A stretch of DNA of 32,574 bases, from positions 21,198 to 53,771 of the forward strand of contig MHFM01000011.1 of the NCBI GenBank assembly GCA_001804205.1, in the 5' to 3' direction. Position 1 is the stretch's first letter, and each line of letters begins with the position of its first letter. A program made the translations under genes and the position numbers. Source of the DNA: Omnitrophica bacterium RIFCSPLOWO2_01_FULL_45_10b. GTDB taxonomy: Bacteria; Omnitrophota; Omnitrophia; Omnitrophales; Danuiimicrobiaceae. Shown piece by piece: positions 28,877-32,574 of the stretch. Below the pieces are notes generated by a model. It saw only the letters and a program-made list of their open reading frames with translations, searched no databases and was not told the DNA's origin.

Positions 28877-30117
28877 AATTTTTTAGATGGTTTTATCCCG
28901 GAATTGGGATCAAGCGATGGGTTATTTTGGCTGCATTTGGCCTGGGTTGCATGGTGGTGGTCGGGCTTTCCGCAGTCAAAACTATGTCTCAGCATAGTGT
29001 TCTGCTGGCAAGTTTCGCCACAGCATTTTTGATCTTTGGCATTTTTCTGGTGTATACGGCTCTTAAAAATATTGTCCGGATTTTTGTTCGAGCTTTAATG
29101 CCGGCGCCATCTGAAGATTTAGCCAATCTCGTTTATCAAAGTAGAAAAAGGAATTTTTTGGCCCGCGGGCCAAGGGTTGTTGTAATTGGAGGCGGAACCG
29201 GCTTAAGTGTTCTTTTGCAAGGAATTAAGGCCTATACCAATAATATTACCGCTGTTGTGACGGTGACCGATACGGGCGGAAGTTCAGGGCGCCTCCGTGA
29301 CGAACTGGATATTCTTCCACCTGGCGATATTCGGAACTGTCTTGTTGCCTTGGCAGATGCTGAACCTCTCATTCGGGATTTGTTTCAATATCGTTTTGAG
29401 GAAGGACAAGGGTTGAAAGGGCACAGTTTCGGAAATTTGTTTATCACCGCTCTTTCCATGGTGACAGGCGATTTTGAAAAGGCGATTCGTGAGTCGAGTA
29501 AGGTTCTGGCCATCCGAGGGCGAGTTCTTCCTTCCACTTTAGATAAGGTAACCTTGGTAGGTGAATTTGCGGATGGCACTGTTGAGGAAGGGGAAACCAA
29601 AATTACCGATGCCAGGAAGCCATTGAAACGTATTTTGCTTCGCCCGGCCAATTGCCGCGCGACAGAGGAAACAATTGAGGCCATTCAAAATGCAGATCTA
29701 ATTGTCATGGGTCCCGGTAGTCTTTATACGAGCATCCTACCCAATCTTTTGATTAAGGATATTTTGAACGCCGTTTTGGAATGCGACGCTTATAAGGTTC
29801 TTATTATTAATGCAATGACGCAGCCTGGAGAAACTGAAGGATATACGGCCTATGACCATCTTCGTGTGCTGGTTAGCCATACGGATCCGCATATTGTTGA
29901 TGCTTGTTTTGTCAGCACTCAATTGATTCCTGCAGAAATTTTAGAACGGTATCGTAAGACCCATTCACATCCTGTTGAAGTGGATGCCGCAAAGATTCGA
30001 GAGCAAGGCTGTGAAGTAATTGACGGCGAAATTCTTAGGATCGATACTCAAGTGCGGCATGACTCTGCAAAACTGGCAAAACGAATTATCGATCAATATT
30101 TTGAAGTGCTTCGATAA
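28873..30117 (+). CDS. yvcK: YvcK/GlmR-family (CofD-related) protein with N-terminal TM segments
   Basis: IGGGTGL, D.GGSSGRLR, PPGDIRNCL, GHSFGNL, GPGSLYTSI.PNLL, MTQPGET, RHD. Confidence 0.92.
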   Translation: MKFFRWFYPGIGIKRWVILAAFGLGCMVVVGLSAVKTMSQHSVLLASFATAFLIFGIFLVYTALKNIVRIFVRALMPAPSEDLANLVYQSRKRNFLARGPRVVVIGGGTGLSVLLQGIKAYTNNITAVVTVTDTGGSSGRLRDELDILPPGDIRNCLVALADAEPLIRDLFQYRFEEGQGLKGHSFGNLFITALSMVTGDFEKAIRESSKVLAIRGRVLPSTLDKVTLVGEFADGTVEEGETKITDARKPLKRILLRPANCRATEETIEAIQNADLIVMGPGSLYTSILPNLLIKDILNAVLECDAYKVLIINAMTQPGETEGYTAYDHLRVLVSHTDPHIVDACFVSTQLIPAEILERYRKTHSHPVEVDAAKIREQGCEVIDGEILRIDTQVRHDSAKLAKRIIDQYFEVLR

Positions 30118-30130
30118 ATCATACCATTTC

Positions 30131-30424
30131 ATGGAATCAGAAAAAGTTGTTGAGAAAAGAGTGGTCATTCAAAATAAACTAGGGTTGCATGCGCGGCCTG
30201 CAGCTCTATTTGTCCGTACGGCCAACCGATTTAAAAGCGAGATTACAATTCTAAAGGGCAAACATAAGGTCAATGGAAAATCCATTATGGGTTTGATGAT
30301 GCTTGCTGCGGCTCCGGGAAGCCATCTAATCATTCGGATCGTGGGCCCTGATGCGGAACGCGCCATGGAAGAAATTGAAAAATTAATCGACCAAAATTTT
30401 GGCGAAGAAGCAAGCGAGACTTAA
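30131..30424 (+). CDS. ptsH: Phosphocarrier protein HPr
   Basis: NKLGLHARPAA (His15 equivalent) and NGKSIMGLMML (Ser46 equivalent); ATG 30131. Confidence 0.95.
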   Translation: MESEKVVEKRVVIQNKLGLHARPAALFVRTANRFKSEITILKGKHKVNGKSIMGLMMLAAAPGSHLIIRIVGPDAERAMEEIEKLIDQNFGEEASET

Positions 30425-32174
30425 TTTGGAAACACTTCACGGAATCCCCGTTTCACCAGGCGTTGCCATTGGGAAAGCCCTCATTTTGCATAGTGAGGAC
30501 TCTTTTATCGTTTCAAAAACGGAAATCCGGCCGGATGAAATCCCAAAGGAAATTGTGCGATTTGAAGAGTCACTTACCAAAACACGATCCGAACTTTTTG
30601 GTATTCGGAAGAAAATTGCCCAGGACATCGGTCATGAACATTCCGATATTTTTAGCGCTCATTTGCTCATTCTGGAAGACCGCACCCTGATTGAAGATGT
30701 TTTTTCTAAGATTAAAAACGAAAATGTACCGGCAGAATATGCTTTTTCAGTTGTCATTCAGCGTTATTTTCACGCCTTCGCGCAGATTGACGATGAATAC
30801 CTGAAGGAACGCGTGGCCGACATTAAAGATGTGGCCCGCCGCATCATGCAAAATTTGCGCGGCGAGAAAAAAGATTCATTAATGCATCTTAAGGATGAAG
30901 TGATCGTTGTGTCCCACGATTTATCTCCTTCCGAAACTGCCATGATGGATCGCGAGCACGTCATTGCTTTCGCTACCGATATTGGCGGCCCAACTTCTCA
31001 CACGGCCATCATGGCCCGTTCTATGGAAATTCCCGCTGTGGTAGGGCTTGACCGGATCAGCAAAGAAGTTTCCAACGGCGACATGATGATCATTGATGGT
31101 AATCGTGGGATCGTTGTGATTGACCCTGATCCGTTGACGATTGATCGCTACGGCCGCGAAGAACGCCGCTTCGTTGAGCTTGTTACAGAGCTTGATAAAT
31201 TAAAAACACTTCCCGCCGAAACCTTAGATGGCTATAAACTTCAGTTGGTTGCGAATATTGAATTTCCTGACGAAATTCCATCCGTGATTGCACATGGCGC
31301 GGAAGGGATTGGGCTTTACCGGTCTGAATATTTTTATATGAATCGCACCGACCTTCCTTTGGAACAAGAGCAATTTGAGGCCTATCGCAATGTGGCCGAG
31401 CAATTGGCCCCGAAACCCGTTGTGATTCGTACGTTGGATTTAGGAGGCGATAAGTTTTTATCGTCTCTGGATATTCCGCAAGAAATGAATCCCTTTATGG
31501 GATGGCGCGCCATCCGTTTTTGCCTGGCACGAGTCGATATTTTTAAAGCTCAGCTGCGCGCGATTCTTCGAGCAAGCGTTTATGGCAATTTAAAGCTCAT
31601 GTATCCCATGATTTCCAATGTAGTTGAATTAAGACAAGCAAATCAAGTATTGGAAGAAGCGAAAAAAGAATTGCGTGAAGCCAAAATCCCTTTTGACGAA
31701 AAAATTCAGGTAGGGGCTATGATTGAAATCCCATCTGCCGTTTTAATCAGCGATATTCTGGCCCACGAAGTTGAGTTTTTTTCGATTGGTACTAATGATT
31801 TAATTCAATATTCACTCGCCGTGGATCGGGTGAATGAGAAAATCGCTTATCTGTACGAACCGACTCATCCAGCAATCCTTAGATTAATTCGGCACACGAT
31901 TGATAATGCTAAAAAGGCCAAGATTTGGATCGGCGTTTGCGGAGAAATGGGGGGAGACCCCGCCATGGCCCTTCTTTTATTAGGACTTGGGATTAATCAA
32001 TTAAGCATGAGCGCTTTTGCGCTTCCCAAGGTGAAAAGGGCCATTCGCGCCGTGACGTTTAAACAAGCCCAAGAAATTGCCTCACGCGCTTTGGAATTTA
32101 CAACAGGTGAGGAAATTAAGCGCTTTGCCGAAGCAAAACTTAAAGCCGTTACCCCTGAACTTTTCGAGGAATAA
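30399..32174 (+). CDS. ptsI: PEP-protein phosphotransferase (Enzyme I, no GAF domain)
   Basis: GIPVSPGVAIG, GGPTSHTAIMARS (phospho-His), GIGLYRSE, RTLDLGGDK, FSIGTNDLIQY, VCGEM. Confidence 0.96.
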   Translation: MAKKQARLNLETLHGIPVSPGVAIGKALILHSEDSFIVSKTEIRPDEIPKEIVRFEESLTKTRSELFGIRKKIAQDIGHEHSDIFSAHLLILEDRTLIEDVFSKIKNENVPAEYAFSVVIQRYFHAFAQIDDEYLKERVADIKDVARRIMQNLRGEKKDSLMHLKDEVIVVSHDLSPSETAMMDREHVIAFATDIGGPTSHTAIMARSMEIPAVVGLDRISKEVSNGDMMIIDGNRGIVVIDPDPLTIDRYGREERRFVELVTELDKLKTLPAETLDGYKLQLVANIEFPDEIPSVIAHGAEGIGLYRSEYFYMNRTDLPLEQEQFEAYRNVAEQLAPKPVVIRTLDLGGDKFLSSLDIPQEMNPFMGWRAIRFCLARVDIFKAQLRAILRASVYGNLKLMYPMISNVVELRQANQVLEEAKKELREAKIPFDEKIQVGAMIEIPSAVLISDILAHEVEFFSIGTNDLIQYSLAVDRVNEKIAYLYEPTHPAILRLIRHTIDNAKKAKIWIGVCGEMGGDPAMALLLLGLGINQLSMSAFALPKVKRAIRAVTFKQAQEIASRALEFTTGEEIKRFAEAKLKAVTPELFEE

Positions 32175-32177
32175 AAA

Positions 32178-32574
32178 ATGAATCTTTTGGACCAAAAAGA
32201 AGCTATCGAGCGCGTCGACCGGCAGAATATGAGGAAGTTAATTCACGACTTTTCCGCTCAAATGAGACAAGCTGAAGAAATTGGTACCGCTCTTCATATT
32301 GATCCCGCGCTTGGAACAGGCTTATCAAAAATTGTTTTTTCAGGCTTGGGCGGTTCTGCCATTGGAGCCGATTTCATTCGGTCTTACCTAGCTTATGATT
32401 TTCCGATTCCTATTTTTGTCAATCGCCACTATCAGCTTCCTGAATTTGTGGACAAAACCACACTTCTTGTTGCCAGTAGCTATTCAGGAGATACGGAAGA
32501 AACACTTTCTGCGCTGAAAGACGGAATGAAGCGGGGCGCTCGTATTTTGGCCATTACTTCCGGCGGAGAACTTA
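32178..32574 (+). CDS. Bifunctional phosphoglucose/phosphomannose isomerase (SIS), 3'-truncated
   Basis: Own translation from ATG 32178: MNLLDQ...SGLGGSAIGAD...SSYSGDTEETLSA...ITSGGEL; open to the window end and absent from the ORF track. Confidence 0.88.
   Translation, partial: MNLLDQKEAIERVDRQNMRKLIHDFSAQMRQAEEIGTALHIDPALGTGLSKIVFSGLGGSAIGADFIRSYLAYDFPIPIFVNRHYQLPEFVDKTTLLVASSYSGDTEETLSALKDGMKRGARILAITSGGEL

Overview
Bacterial housekeeping and envelope region, with every supportable gene on the + strand and many overlapping or abutting. Gene content and fusions suggest a diderm, PVC-like lineage such as Omnitrophota (inference only). Order: aroB (5'-truncated), a 35-aa hydrophobic sORF, dprA, an RDD gene plus a polytopic membrane gene with their own promoter, a sigma70 promoter followed by a ~170-nt four-hairpin element flanked by CATATAAT repeats, orphan thiS, topA, xerC, an LPS block (waaA, lpxK with a long disordered tail, a lipid A acyltransferase-ELM1 fusion, a GT4-GT9 fusion, four more GT9 genes, a DUF3108 lipoprotein, a CE4 deacetylase), hldA-kdsB-pyrG-kdsA-kdsD, a second acyltransferase, an LptC-LptA fusion, lptB, a permease-less PTS module (ptsN, hprK, membrane-anchored yvcK, HPr, ptsI) and a 3'-truncated bifunctional PGI/PMI. 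No transposase, CRISPR, rRNA or tRNA was seen. Best leads: the structured leader with thiS in front of topA-xerC, the acyltransferase-ELM1 fusion inside a five-GT9 cluster, and the LptC-LptA fusion. All calls rest on motif recognition by eye; no searches were run.
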